The translations under genes and the position numbers were made by a program. Source: Mobula hypostoma (taxonomy: Eukaryota). From it: DNA of 64,000 bases. The stretch is from positions 40,054,001 through 40,118,000 of the forward strand of contig NC_086108.1 of the NCBI RefSeq assembly GCF_963921235.1, written 5' to 3'. Under the pieces are notes generated by a model. The model worked only from the letters and a program-made list of their open reading frames with translations, ran no database searches and was not told the origin of the DNA. Positions 23,370 through 35,629 of this stretch are shown here, in pieces. Position 1 is the stretch's first letter, and each line of letters begins with the position of its first letter.

Positions 23370-24740
23370 GAGTCGTAATCGGGTTTAATATCACTGTCAT
23401 ATGTTGTGAAATTTGTTGTTATGTGGTAACAGTTCAGTTCAATACATAATAACAAAAATTGTAAATATATATATATATTTTAAAAGTTAAGTTAAATAAG
23501 AAGTGAAAAAAAAGTATTGAAGTGGTGTTCAATGGTTCAAAGTTCATTTAGAAATCCTATGACAGAGGGGAGGAAGCTGTTCCTGAACCATTGTGTGTGT
23601 GCTTTCAGGATCCTGTACCTCCCCTCCGATGGCAGCAGTGAGAAGAGAGCATGATCTGGGTGATGGGAGGCATCACTCCTTGAAGATGTCTTCTTTGCTG
23701 ATGCCCATGGTGCAGCTGACTGAGTTTACAACTTTCGGCAGCTTATTTCAATCCTGTGCAGTGCCCACCCTTCTGTCCCGCCACACCAGACGCTGATGCA
23801 GCCAGTTAGAATGCTCTCCATGGTACATTTGTAGAAATTTGTAAGTGTCTCTGATGACATACCAAATCTCCTCAAACTCCTAATGGAGTACAGCCACTGT
23901 TGTGCATTTTTTGTAACTGTATTGATGTGTTTGGCCCAGGATAGGTCCTCAGAGATGTTAACACCCATGAACTTGAAATTGCTCACCCTTTCCACTTCTG
24001 ATCCCTTGATGGGGGCTGGTGTTGTGTTCCCTTGTCCAACTCTTTCTGAAGTCCACAATCAGTTCTATGGTCTGACTGATGATGAGTGCAGGGTTGTTGC
24101 TGTGACACCACTCAAACAGCTGTTCTATCTTGGTCCTGAATGCCTCTGAAATGCTGCCAACAATAGTTGTGTCATCAGCAAATTTATAGATGGCATTTGA
24201 GCTGTGCTGAGCCACATAGTCATGGGTGTGGAGAGAGTAGGACATTGGGTTAAGCACACATTCCTGGAGTTGCGCTAGTGTTGAAAATCAGTGAGGTGGA
24301 GATACTATTTCCAATCTGCACTGACTGTGGTCTTTCAGTAAGGAAACCGAGGATCCAGTTGTAGAGGGAGGGATGGAGGCTCAGGTTTTAGAGCTTTTAG
24401 ATCAGAACTGTAGGAATGATTGTGTTAAATGTAGTCAATAAACAGCAGCCTGATGTAAGTATTAGTTTTGTCCAGGTGATCCAAGGCCGTGTGAAGAGCC
24501 AATAAGATCGCATCCGCTATAGACTTATGCGATAGGCAAATTGCACTGGATAGGAGTTGCTTAGGTGGGAGTTGATTCGAGCCATAATCAATCTCTCAAA
24601 GCGCCTCATCACTGTAGATGTGAGCGCCACTGGACGATAGTCAAAAAATGCAGCTCACTCTGCTCTTCTTGGGCACTGGTATGATTGTTACCCTTTTGAA
24701 GCAGGTGGGAAGTTCCGACTGTAACAATGGGAGATTTCCT
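23370..24740 (-). mobile_element. Rex1/Babar-type LINE, RT to 3' tail
   Basis: PTCFKRVTIIPVPKK, YSLHTHD..IYKFADDTTIVG, VERVSNFKFMGVNISEDLSW, FYKCTMESILTGCISVW. Confidence 0.85.
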
Positions 24741-26890
24741 TTGTATGTGTAAGTATTTTTATTATTAATAAAGTTTGTTTTTGAAATATATATACAGGTT
24801 GAGTACTCCCATCTGAAATTCCAAATTCTGAAAACCCCCATAATCCAAAATTTTTTGAGTGCTGACATGATGTTCCAAATGGAAAATTCCATAAGGCGCT
24901 GGGAAGCTTTCCAGGCAATGTGCAGGTCTATGTCCACCACGAACAGTTCTGATAAGTGACCTCACACATGTAATGACCAGAAATTAATGAAAATGTAAAA
25001 AAAAAAGCTGTATAGACCAAAAAAATGAAGATCTTGATCATGTACTGAAAGAGTAGATTTGTCAGAGTCGAAGTGAATATATTCTACTTAATGGTACGCT
25101 GATCATGAAACAAGCTAAGATATATCACGACATCACGACAATCCGAAAATTGAAGGTTATTGTGAATATTCAGCAGGGTGATTGCGGAAATTTATGAAAT
25201 GGCAGAGCATTAAAATTTTAAAGCATCTGCTGATCACGAAGCAGCAGAGAAATTCTTTGATGAGCTTGCCAAGATCGTTGCTGATGAAAATCTAACACCA
25301 GAATAAGTCTACAATGCTGGTTATTTTTATACCTTACATAAAGCCTAAAAAAAGTAAAATACAAATACAGTGTACTGTAACCTTTTATCGAGAAAAGGCA
25401 TCATAGGTGGCGACTGAGAGCCTGCCGTTGTTTGTTGTTGTTAAGAAACATAGAAAAACTACAGCACAATACAGGCACTTCGGCCCACAATGCTGTGCCG
25501 AACATGTCCTTACTTTAAAAATTACCTAGGGTTACCCATAGCCCTCTATTTTTCTAAGCTCCATGTCCCTATGCAGGAGTCTCTTAAAAGACCCTATCGT
25601 ATCCAATTCCACCACCATCGCCGACAGCCATTTCCATGCACTCATCACTCTCTGCATAAAAAAACTGGCATCTCCTCTGTAACTACTTCCAAGCAGCTTA
25701 AAACTGTGCCCTCTCATGTTAGCCATTTCAGCCCTGAGAAAAAGTCTCTGACTATCTACACGACCAATGCCTCTCATCATCTTTACACCTCTATTAGGTC
25801 ACCTCTCATCCTTCATTGCTCCAAGGAGAAAAGACCAAGTTCACTCAACCTATTCTCATAAGACATGCTCCCCAATCCAGGCAACGTCCTTATAAATCTC
25901 CTCTGCACCCTTTCTATGGTTTCCACATCGTTCCTGTAGTGAGGCGACCAGAACTAAGCACAGTACTCCAAGTGTGGTCTGATTAGGGTCCTATATAGCT
26001 GTAACATTACCTCTCGACTCCTAAGCTCAATCCCATGAGTGATGAAGGCCAATGCACCATATGCTTTCTTAACCACAGAGTCAACCAGCACAGCAGCTTT
26101 GAGTGTCCAATGGACTCGGGTCCCAAGATCCCTCTGATCCTCCACACTGCCAAGAGTCTTACCATTAATACTATATTCTGTCATCACATTTGACCTACCA
26201 AAGTGAACCACCCCACACTTATCTGGGTTGAACGCCATCTGCCACTTCCCAGCCCAGTTTTGCATCCTATCAATGTCCCTCTGTAACCTCTGGCAGCCCT
26301 TCACGCTATCCACAACACCCCCAACCTTTGTGTCATCAGCAAATTTACTAACCCATCCCTCCACTTCCTCATCCAGGTCATTTATAAAAATTATGAAGAG
26401 AAAGGGTTCCAGAACAAATCCCTGAGGCACACCACTGGTCACCGATCTCCATGCAGAATATGACTCATCTATAACCAGTCTTTGTCTTCTGTGGGCAAGC
26501 CAATTCTGGATCCATAAAGCAAGGTCCCCTTGGATTCCATGCCTCTTGACTTTTTCAATAGCCTTTCATGGGGTACCTTATCTAATGCCTTGCTGAAATC
26601 CATATACACTACCTTTATCAACGTGTTTTGTTACATCCTGAAAAAATTCAATCAGGCTCGTAAGGCACAACCTGCCTTTGACAAAACCATGCTGACTGTC
26701 CCTAATCATATTATGCCTCTCCAAATGTTCATAAATCCTGCCTCTCAGGGTCTTTTCCATCAACTTGCCAACCACTGAAGTAAGACTCACTGGTCTATAA
26801 TTTCCTGAGCTATCTCTGCTCCCTTTCACGAATAAGGGAACAACATCTAAAACCCTCCAATCCTCGGGAACCTCTCCTGTCCCCATTGAT

Positions 26891-28074
26891 TGACATAGAA
26901 ACATAGAAAATAGGTTCAGGAGTAGGCTATTCGGCCCTTCGAGCCTGCACCGCTATTCAGTACGATCATGGCTGATCATCCAACTCGGACCCTGTACCTG
27001 CCTTCTCTTCATACCCCCTGATCCCTTTAGCCACAAGGGCCATATCTAACTCCCTCTTAAATATAGCCAATGAACTGGCCTCAACTGTTTCCTGTGGCAG
27101 AGAATTCCACAGATTCACCACTCCCTGTGTGAAGAAGTTTTTCCTCATCTCGGTCCTAAAAGGCTTCCCCTTTATCCTCAAATTGTGACCACTCGTTCTG
27201 GACTTCCCAATATCGGGAAGAATCTTTCTGCATCTAGCCTGTCCAATCCCTTTGGAATTTTATACGTTTCAATCAGATCCCGCCTCAATCTTCTAAATTC
27301 CAGAGAGTATAAGCCTAGTCGATCCAGTCTTTCATCATATGAAAGTCCTGCCATCCCAGGAATCAATCTGGTGAACCTTCTTTGTACTCCCTCTATGGCA
27401 AGAATGTCTTTCTTCAGATTAGGGGACCAAAACTGGACACAATACTCCAGGTGTGGTCTCACCAAGGCCTTGTACAACTGCAGTAGTACCTCCCTGCTCC
27501 TGTACTCAAATCCTCTTGCTATGAATGCCAGCATACCATTCGCCTTTTTCACCGCCTGCTGTGCCTGCATGCCCACTTTCAATGACTGGTGTATAATGAC
27601 ACCCAGGTCTCGTTGCACCTCCCCTTTTCCTAATCGGCCACCATTCAGATAATAACCTGTTTTCCTGTTTTTGCCACCAAAGTGGATAACTTCACATTTA
27701 TCCACATTAAATTGCATCTGCCATGAATTTGCCCACTCACCTAACCTATCCAAGTCACCCTGCATCCTCTTAGCATCCTCCTCACAGTTAACACTGCTGC
27801 CCAGCTTCGTGTCATCCGCAAACTTGGAGATGCTGCATTTAATTCCCTTGTCTAAGTCATTAATGTATATTGTAAACAACTGGGGTCCCAGCACTAAGCC
27901 TTGCGGTACCCCACTAGTCACTGCCTGCCATTCTGAAAAGGTCCCCGTTTATTCCCACTCTTTGCTTCCTGTCTGCCAACCAATTCTCTATCCACATCAA
28001 TACCATACCCACAATACCGTGTGCTTTAAGTTTGCACACTAATCTCCTGTGTGGGACCTTGTCAAAAGCCTTTG
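26891..28074 (-). mobile_element. Younger 5'-truncated CR1 LINE B nested in CR1 A
   Basis: 247-aa open RT segment with a distinct 3' UTR and CATAGAAA-repeat tail (as read on +). cattg is duplicated at both junctions. Confidence 0.9.
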
Positions 28075-29621
28075 CATTGTGATGCAAAGATCATTGCCAG
28101 AGGCTCGAAAATCTCCTCCTCGCCTCCCACAGTAGCCCGGCGTATATCCTGTCCGGTCCCAGAGACTTATCCAACTTAATGATATCCAAAAGCTCCAGCA
28201 CATCCACTTTCTTAATGTCTATACGCTCTATCTTTTCAATCCACAGTAAGTCATCCCTACAATCACCAAGATCCTTTTCCATAGTGAATACAGAAGCAAA
28301 GTATTCATAAAGTACCTCTGCTATCTCCTCTGATTCCATACACACTTTTCCACTGTCACACTTGATTGGTTCTATTCTCCCACATCTTATCCCCTTGCTG
28401 TTCACATACTTGTAGAATGCCTTGGGGGTTTCTTTAATCCTGCTCATCAAGGCCTTCTCATGGCCCCTTCTGGCTCTCCTAATTTCATTCTTAAGCTCCT
28501 TCCTGCTCGCCTTATAATCTTCTAGATCTCTATTATTACCTAGCTTTTTGAAGCTTTCGTAAGCTTTTCTTTTCTTCTTGACTAGTTTTTTAACAGTCTT
28601 TGTACACCACGGTTCCTGTACCCTTCCATCCTTCCCCTGTCTCGTTGGAACATACCTATGCAGAATGCCATGCAAATATTCCCTGAACATTTGCCACATT
28701 TCTGCCGTACATTTCCATGAGAATATCTGTTCCCAATTTATGCTTCCTAGTTCCTACCTGAAAGCTTCATATTCCCTCTTACTCCAATTAAACATTTTCC
28801 TAACTTGTCTGTTCCTATCCCTCTTCAATGCTAAGGAGATAGAATTGTGATCACTGTCTCCAAAACGTTCTCCCACTGAGAGATCTGACAACTGACCAGG
28901 TTCACTTCCCAATACCAGATCAAGTACAGCCTCTCCTCTTGTAGGCTTATTTACATATTGTGTCAGGAAACCTTCCTGAACACATCTAACAAACTCCACC
29001 CCATCTAAACCCCTTGCTCTCAGGAGATGCCAATCAATATTTGGGAAATTAGTATTTCCCACCACGACAACTCTGTTATTATTACACCTCTCCAGAATCT
29101 GTCTCCCTATCTGCTCCTCGATGTCCCCGTTACTATTAGGTGGTCTATAAAAAACACCCGGTAGATCTATTGACCCTTCCTGTTTCTAACTTCCACCCAC
29201 AGAGACTCAGTAGACAATCCCTCCATGACTTCTTCCTTTTCTGCAGCCATGACACTATCTCTGATCAACAGCACCCCCACCTCTTTTGCCTCCCTCCCTG
29301 TCCTTTCAGAAACATCTGAAGCCTGGCACTCTAAGTAACCATTTCTACCCCTGAGCCATCCAGGTCTCTGTAATGGCCATATCATAATAGCTCCAAGTAC
29401 TGATCCACCCTCTAAGCTCATCCACTTTGTTCATGATGCTTCTTGCAGTAAAATAGACACATCTCAATCCATCGGTCTGAGCGTATCCCTTCTCTATCAC
29501 CTGCCTATCCTCCCTCTCGCACTGTCTCCAAGCTTTCTCTATTTGTGAGCCAACTGCCCCTTCCTCCGTCTCTTCAGTTCGGTTCCCACCCCCCAGGAAT
29601 TCTAGTTTGAACTCTCCCCAA

Positions 29622-29712
29622 CACACATAAAAGTTGCTGGTGAACACAGCAGACCAGGCAGCATCTCTAGGAAGAGGTACAGTCGACGTTTCAGGCGAGA
29701 GCCTTCGTCAGG
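29622..29712 (-). mobile_element. 91-bp Penelope-derived mini insertion starting at the hammerhead
   Basis: Perfect 11-bp TSD actctccccaa (29611-29621, 29713-29723). Confidence 0.88.
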
Positions 29713-29715
29713 ACT
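29681..29715 (-). ncRNA. Minimal type I hammerhead ribozyme
   Basis: AGUC-CUGACGA-AGGC(ucuc)GCCU-GAA-ACGU-C^GACU, with a variant 4-bp stem II. Confidence 0.8.
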
Positions 29716-30799
29716 CTCCCCAATAGCCTTCGCAAACCTCCCTGCCAGGATATCGGTCCCCCCTCGGATTCAAGTGCAATCTGTCCTTTTTTGTACAGGT
29801 CACACCTGTCCAAAAAGAGGTTCCAATGATCCAGAAATTTGAATCCCTGTCCCCTGCTCTAATCCCTCAGCAACACATTTATCCTCCACCTCACTCTATT
29901 CCTGTTCTCACTGTGGTGTAGCGCAGGCAGTAATCCCAAGATTACTACCTTTGAGGTCCTGCTTCTCAACTTCCTTCCTAACCCCCTGTAGTCCGTTTTT
30001 ACTATCTCCTCCCTTTTCCTACCTATGTCGTTGGTTCCAATATGTACCACGACCTCTGGCTGTTCACCTTCCTACTTCAGGGTGTCATGTTCAACAGCTG
30101 TTTCAGGTATTCTCCCAATACTGCTTTCGTTACCCTGTGCTCTTTATATTCTCATTATATTAATGGTATGTAATAATTTTTACTGGTAAATGCATACAGT
30201 ATGAATGATGAACAAGTGTAAGACAAAGATTAAGTAGCACATAAATTCAGAGTCGGAAATGATGGCGATCACAAGCTATCTTATTATATAACAGTTCTGG
30301 CCCCAAGTACTTCAGCTAAGGGGTAGTCAATCTGAATAAAGAACTCAGGCTGCATTTAGACTCTGGCATGAAAATTTCCTGTATCTCTATCAGTGGAGGT
30401 TCCATTTGCTCTCCTGTGCTGCAAAGGATGGGCTGGCTTTGTTGTCTTGGAACGTTCCTTTCGGTTGGACAGTACTGCACCGTCTATCCCTTGCGGGAAA
30501 CCTGATGCAGGATAGATTTGGTCACTAATCAGTTAGGCTGTGGTCAGGGCTGTGAGGATAGGAGACAGATCCTTGTGCAAACAATCATTCTGTCAAAGTC
30601 CTTTGGCCCCGGTGACTACTTTGTTGGAAGTGAGACTGTTGTCCGTCTTTTCAGAGTGTGTCTTTGCTGGGAATGACTGGGAAGAGAGGCAGGGCCATTC
30701 CTGAAGGCTGTCCCCAAAATATGCAAAATGTAGGACTGGTGGGTCACCCGAGACAAATCTCCAATGCTGGGAAACCAAGTGTAAGATGCTATCCACAAA

Positions 30800-30980
30800 G
30801 GGACATGGACAGTTGATGTTTCAAGAGAAGGCCCTCCTTCTGGACTGGTTCAGATGAAGGATTACAACTCGAAATATTGACTATTTCCTTCAATAGATGC
30901 TACCTGACCCACTGGAGCTACAACAGAGTCTTGTTTTGTGCTCCAGATTTCAGCTTCTTCAGTCTCTTGTGTCTTGTCTG
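30800..30980. mobile_element. Degraded inverted pair of Penelope-like termini
   Basis: acagttgatgtttcaagagaaggccctccttctggactg | ttcagatgaagg..cgaaatattgact..gatgctacctgaccc. Confidence 0.6.
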
Positions 30981-31617
30981 CCCATGACTCACTGGGTTTC
31001 CTGGAGTAGGTGTTGTTCAGGAACTAGCACACTCAAAGGCCCAGGGCTTCATGCTGAGGGAATAATTGAAGCTGGGTGCAGCCAGGGCAAAGTCTCAGCG
31101 GGGAAGAGCCACAGCTTAGGGTCTACCTGTCACTGCACACAAATTAGATGTTGAAGCCCCCAGCAAGTATTTGCTTTAAGATTATAAAAAAAGCTAGCCA
31201 ATGACCTGCCAATTTGAAGAAACAGGTGTAAAGTGGCCGATGATAAAAGTGTTGACTTGAATATTCTGCATAATTTCTGAATCTTTGATGAATGAATTTT
31301 TCTTTGAAATTAACGTAGAGTGTGCTTGGCATGGAGTCAGCTGGGACTCTCCATCCCTGACACACACAGTAGAGCACATTCCCCACCTTGCCCACATTTC
31401 CCTCACACCCAGTGCAGCCTTTTCTGCAGCTGTCCATGACTGACAGAATGCTTGACTCTAAGTTTGGACTCAATTCCCTGCAACCCATGGGCGATAAGAC
31501 AGGAGCTTGGAACCTTGCACACAGTTCCCAACAGGAACCACATAGCTCCCGCTCTTAATAGATTTTCACCCAACTCCATAAATATTTTCAGGAGATCCAT
31601 TGCTGCAGAATGTGACA

Positions 31618-31950
31618 CATCAAAATCAAATACGTTTAATTATCATTCAACCATGCATGAATACAGTTGAATGCAACAGTGTTCCCCTGGGGCCGAGGTG
31701 CAAAATATACACAGCACAACAAAGCAGAAGGCACACAGCATATTCAAGGTAGCGAGCTCACATACGGTCATGCAAAAAAAAACACATATATAGCCCAAGT
31801 CTCTGAGTGACATCCCACAAATTGATAGTGTAGTTTCCAGCAGTCTGCAGACAAACACACATACGCAGTCCAGCTTGTTATTCCACCCATTCAACACTGG
31901 AGGGCAGCACTGATGGGAGAGGCCAGTCCCCAACCGACATGTCACATGGG
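31618..31950 (-). mobile_element. LINE-like 3' tail
   Basis: atcaaaatcaaa..tttaattatcatt tail pattern. Family not resolved. Confidence 0.4.
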
Positions 31951-32349
31951 CTAAAATTTCCTGGGTGTGTGCAATGATATCACATTATTAAAGAAGCAAC
32001 ACATGGGGGAGTGTAACAAGCTAGAGCTTGACACTGAGCCTCTCAAAGCGACATTAGGGCAGGTGAGCAAATATCTGGTAGGAATGTTTAGTGGATCCTC
32101 AAGGAAAGGAGAGTAGTTAAGGGCTGCAGACATTTAGGGAAGAAATTCCAGAGCTGGGAACATTGCTACTGATTGTGTTGCAATGTGAAATTTGTGGTAT
32201 GCAAGATTTCAGGACCTGAATCTCTGAGGGAAACTTGCAATGGCACTAAGGGGAAAGGTCATGAAGGGACTCAAAAATAAGGCACTGCCTCACTACAAGT
32301 CATTTTATAGGTCAGGGAGCACATGACATTGCAGCAGAGACCTTATAGG

Positions 32350-32933
32350 TAATAGTAGGCAGCCATCGATCCCGGGGGATCATGGGTTTGTGCCTCTGGT
32401 GGCCTGTGTACTCTCCAGGGTGGGATGATTTGAAGAACCGACTGTTGCCAATGCAGCGGGCTCCCCCTCTCCACGTCACTGATGTAGCCCAAGGGAAGGG
32501 CTAGCGTCGATACAGCTTGGCACCAGTGTTGTTGCAGAGGTTGCCAGAGTGAAGTTGTAACCAACGTCAAACTGCCTTAGGGATCCCGGCTCCGGATTTC
32601 CTCCTCGGGGTTTACTCCCGAAGTCTTTCCCATAGGTGGGTATGGCCGCAAGGCAGCGGAGGTTTAAAATCAGAGTTTTCTTTCTCCTAGGCAGGCTGCC
32701 ATCCAAGGCTGACGAGCTCCACCTGCCCGAAGCAACAGGTTTTGATGCACCATTGGTCTGCCTTTGCCCCTTCTCTTGTCAGTAGAAACAGTTCCGCTGG
32801 GCCTAGTAGCTAAGCCACACGTGAAAGCCAAGAGTTGGACTTGGTTGTCAGTGGCTGTTAGAGCTGCACGCCATTTAGAGCACTTTATGGGTAGTGGGAG
32901 CTTATCCCCACTACCACCCCGGCTATGACAACC
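32350..32933 (-). mobile_element. RTE-derived short non-autonomous element (5' UTR-like head plus short tail)
   Basis: The minus strand contains ctaggagaaagaaaactctgattttaaacctccgctgccttgcggccatacc, which I recognise as RTE 5' UTR-like. It ends in a (CTA)-like tail, retains CpGs and has tagg at both flanks. Confidence 0.6.
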
Positions 32934-33239
32934 TTAGGAACAGCTGAGCAAAAGCACATAGGGGCACCAGGTTCCAAGAAAGGGCTTAAAGGGACGGGAG
33001 GCAAGAAGTTTGAGAGGTTCAGGGAGAAAATTCTAAATCTCAGTGCCTACATGGCTGAAGGATGTGCACCAATAGTGGAGCAATAAAGATCAGGGTATGG
33101 AAAAGGCCAGAACTAGAGGTTCAATTTATTCTCAAATTCACTCGCAAGGTATTTAAACAAAGTAGCTCTTTAATTAAGAAAATATTTGGTGAAATAGTTT
33201 TATCTGTTGTAAGCCTGCTGAAATTTCAGAAGATTCGCT

Positions 33240-33785
33240 TCTATAAGACCATAAGATACAGGAGCAGAATTAGGCCATTTGGGTCTGCTCCACCACTTCT
33301 AGATGGCTAATCCAATTTTCCTCTCAGCCCCAATCTCCTGCCTTCTCCACGTATCCCTTCATGCCCAGACCAATCAAGAATCTATCAACCTCTGCCTTAA
33401 ATATACATGAAGACTTGGCTTCCACAGCTGCCTGAGGCAAAAAATTCCACAGATTCACCACTCTCTGGCTAAAGAAATACCTCCTCAGCTTCGTTCTAAA
33501 AGGACACCCTCTATTCTGAGGCTGTGTCCTCTGGTCTTAGACTATCCCACCATAAGAAATATCCTCTCCACATCCACTCTATCAAGACTTTACACCATTC
33601 GATAGGTTTCAATGAGGTCACCCCTCATTCTTCTGGATTCTAGTGAACACAGGCCCAGAAGCCATCAAACACTCTTCATGTGATAAGCCATTCAATCCTG
33701 GAATCATTTTTGTGAACCTCCTTTGAACATTCTCCAGTTTCAGCACATCTTTTCTAAGATAAGGAGCCCAAAACTGCTCACAAAT
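33240..33785 (-). mobile_element. CR1 LINE 3' end
   Basis: Tail ataagaccataagatacaggagcagaattaggccatt, homologous to CR1 B and to 20615-21090. Confidence 0.85.
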
Positions 33786-34604
33786 CTCAATCTAAGTTCT
33801 TCTGTAGCCTTGCTACTTCTTCAAAACTACCTGACCCTCCACCTATCTTCATATCCTCTGGAAACTTTGCAACAAAGCCATCAATTCTTTTATCTTTTAT
33901 CTTTTATCTTGAACATCCTATACATAGATTTCTGCCTGAACAGTCAAACTTAAATGGGAGCAAGGTTTGTGGAACATTTTTGGTGAGAGATGGACAGGAG
34001 ACAGAAGGCCTGAGTCTAGGTCCTTCAACGCCATACTATGTGCTGGTGAATAATAGTCAACAGATATAGGGCCTGTTTAAGTTGGAGCATTGGGACAGCC
34101 ACCAGTACATGGGATGTAAAAAAAAAAGCACAGCACAGAATGCCCAAAACCAAGATAAACACAATGTTCATGCTTTGTAGGAGGTGCCAAGGAGGATCTG
34201 CATGAGAACAGAAAAATTTTTGCAGATTGTTCTTGAATTAATTTCTTGGGTTAATGGCAGTAGCATTCATGGCATGTTCTAATCTTGTCTGGACGCCAGG
34301 AGTTTGAGGGAGATTTTAGAAGCAACAATTTAGGAGGTGAAGGGAAGGTCACTTACAATAATTTTGCTTCTGTTCAATGTTTTGATAATTTGTGCTGTTT
34401 TATATGTTAATCAGTTCGTGTGTTAGGGCATGGTAAGGAAAGTAACATCTGCAAGTTAAGACAAGGTTTGAGGAATTATATGAAGTGCAATTTGTTCAAA
34501 TAAAGGAAAATATCTTGATTCTTATTCAGAGAAACATTTTCAAAGTTGAAATTATCTCCTATACTTGTGTATCTTAAGGGGATTCCCATCATTAGGATCA
34601 ATTG

Positions 34605-34725
34605 AGTCTTGATGAAAGGTTATAGCCCTGTTCATTTCTCTCAATTGATGCTGCCTGGCCCGTTGAGATCCTCCAGCATTTTGTGTGTGACTCTGGATTT
34701 CCAGCACCTGCTGAATCTCTTGTGG
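34605..34725 (+). mobile_element. 121-bp Penelope-derived mini insertion starting at a decayed hammerhead
   Basis: Perfect 14-bp TSD attaggatcaattg (34591-34604, 34726-34739). The insert begins agtcttgatgaaagg. Confidence 0.85.
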
Positions 34726-35629
34726 ATTAGGATCAATTGTTGTTGAGATAAAGCCCAATTGTTCTGGTGCTGTTGTGGGGTGTGTATATGTTTCCCCAGG
34801 TGTTATGCTTCCTCTCACATCCCAAAGACGTACTGCTTGATGGAAAAATAGCACAGAGCTCATCAGAATCAGATTTGGGGTTATTATCACTGACTTGGGT
34901 TGTGAGTATAACAGACTGCGGCTGTTGAGTTCATGTGACTTGGTTTCAAACCTAATATGAACTACTGCCTGTGTGGAGCTCATTTGTTCTCCTGGCTTTC
35001 ACGTCAGCTTCCCTCAGGCACTCCAGCTTCCTCCCATGTCCTAGTAGACTAATTGGTTACTACAATTTACCCCTAGTATGTAAGTGAATGGTAGAAGATT
35101 CAGGGGTAGTTAATGAGCATGTGTAAGAGCAGAGATGGGGGGGTGGGAGAGTGGGTTGCTCTTAGAGCTCTGTAAACCTAATGGGCCAAATGGAAGGGAA
35201 AGTATAATATTATGAAATATAAGTATAATAATGTTCTCCCTCATGTCAGGAGGACCCAGTAATACAACAAATTTCTTCAGTTGCCCAGTCTCACTCAACA
35301 AACAATTATTTGATTGGATCAGTAAGCCACACCAATCATGACCACCTCGGAAGATAGTACTCCTCTTAGGACGTTTTTCTTGTTTTATTTACAAGGATTG
35401 AAACCAATTTTCTGGAAGGGAGATGCAGCATAATGGGACAATTTCTGGGATGATTGATTTGTAATCCAGGGAGCGGGAAGCGCAGAATCAAATATCGCTG
35501 TGATGATTGTACATTCTAGTATCAATTGTTTGGCAACTATAAAGTATAAAGTCCAATTTGAATTCAATGTAGCAACACCGCAGGTAAGACAACATAGAGG
35601 GTGGGTGGGGAGGTGTGAGGAGGGAAGGT

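Larger units (their letters stand above)
25442..30088 (-). mobile_element. CR1 LINE A: ORF1 esterase part, APE, RT and tail, interrupted at 26891-28074 and 29622-29712
   Basis: VHIGTNDIGRKR (SGNH esterase), LRCVYFTARSIMNKVDEL, SSGNYRPVSLTSVVGK, SGVPQGFVL..SKFADDTK, and the 3' tail at 25442. Confidence 0.92.
24795..30334 (+). mobile_element. Tigger4/Zombi-like transposon (about 24795-25441 plus 30089-30334), split by nested CR1s
   Basis: Left TIR TA|caggttgagtactccc and right TIR taaggggtagtcaatctg. Transposase remnant KIEGYCEYSAG*LRKF...ASADHEAAEKFFDELAKIVADENLTPE*VYNA. The sequence resumes (tgttcaacagctg) after the LINEs. Confidence 0.8.

Noticed and set aside
27185..28042. Plus-strand ORFs overlapping CR1, and similar ORFs over other LINEs
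   Set aside because: They are antisense shadows of LINE coding sequence.
32705..32740. ctgacga...cgaa as a plus-strand hammerhead in the RTE-like element
   Set aside because: The core reads GAAG instead of GAAA, stem II does not pair convincingly and it is antisense to the element.
9355..34725. Dispersed short near-identical repeats as a CRISPR-like array
   Set aside because: They are scattered, TSD-flanked retroelement termini in a vertebrate genome, with no repeat-spacer periodicity or cas genes.
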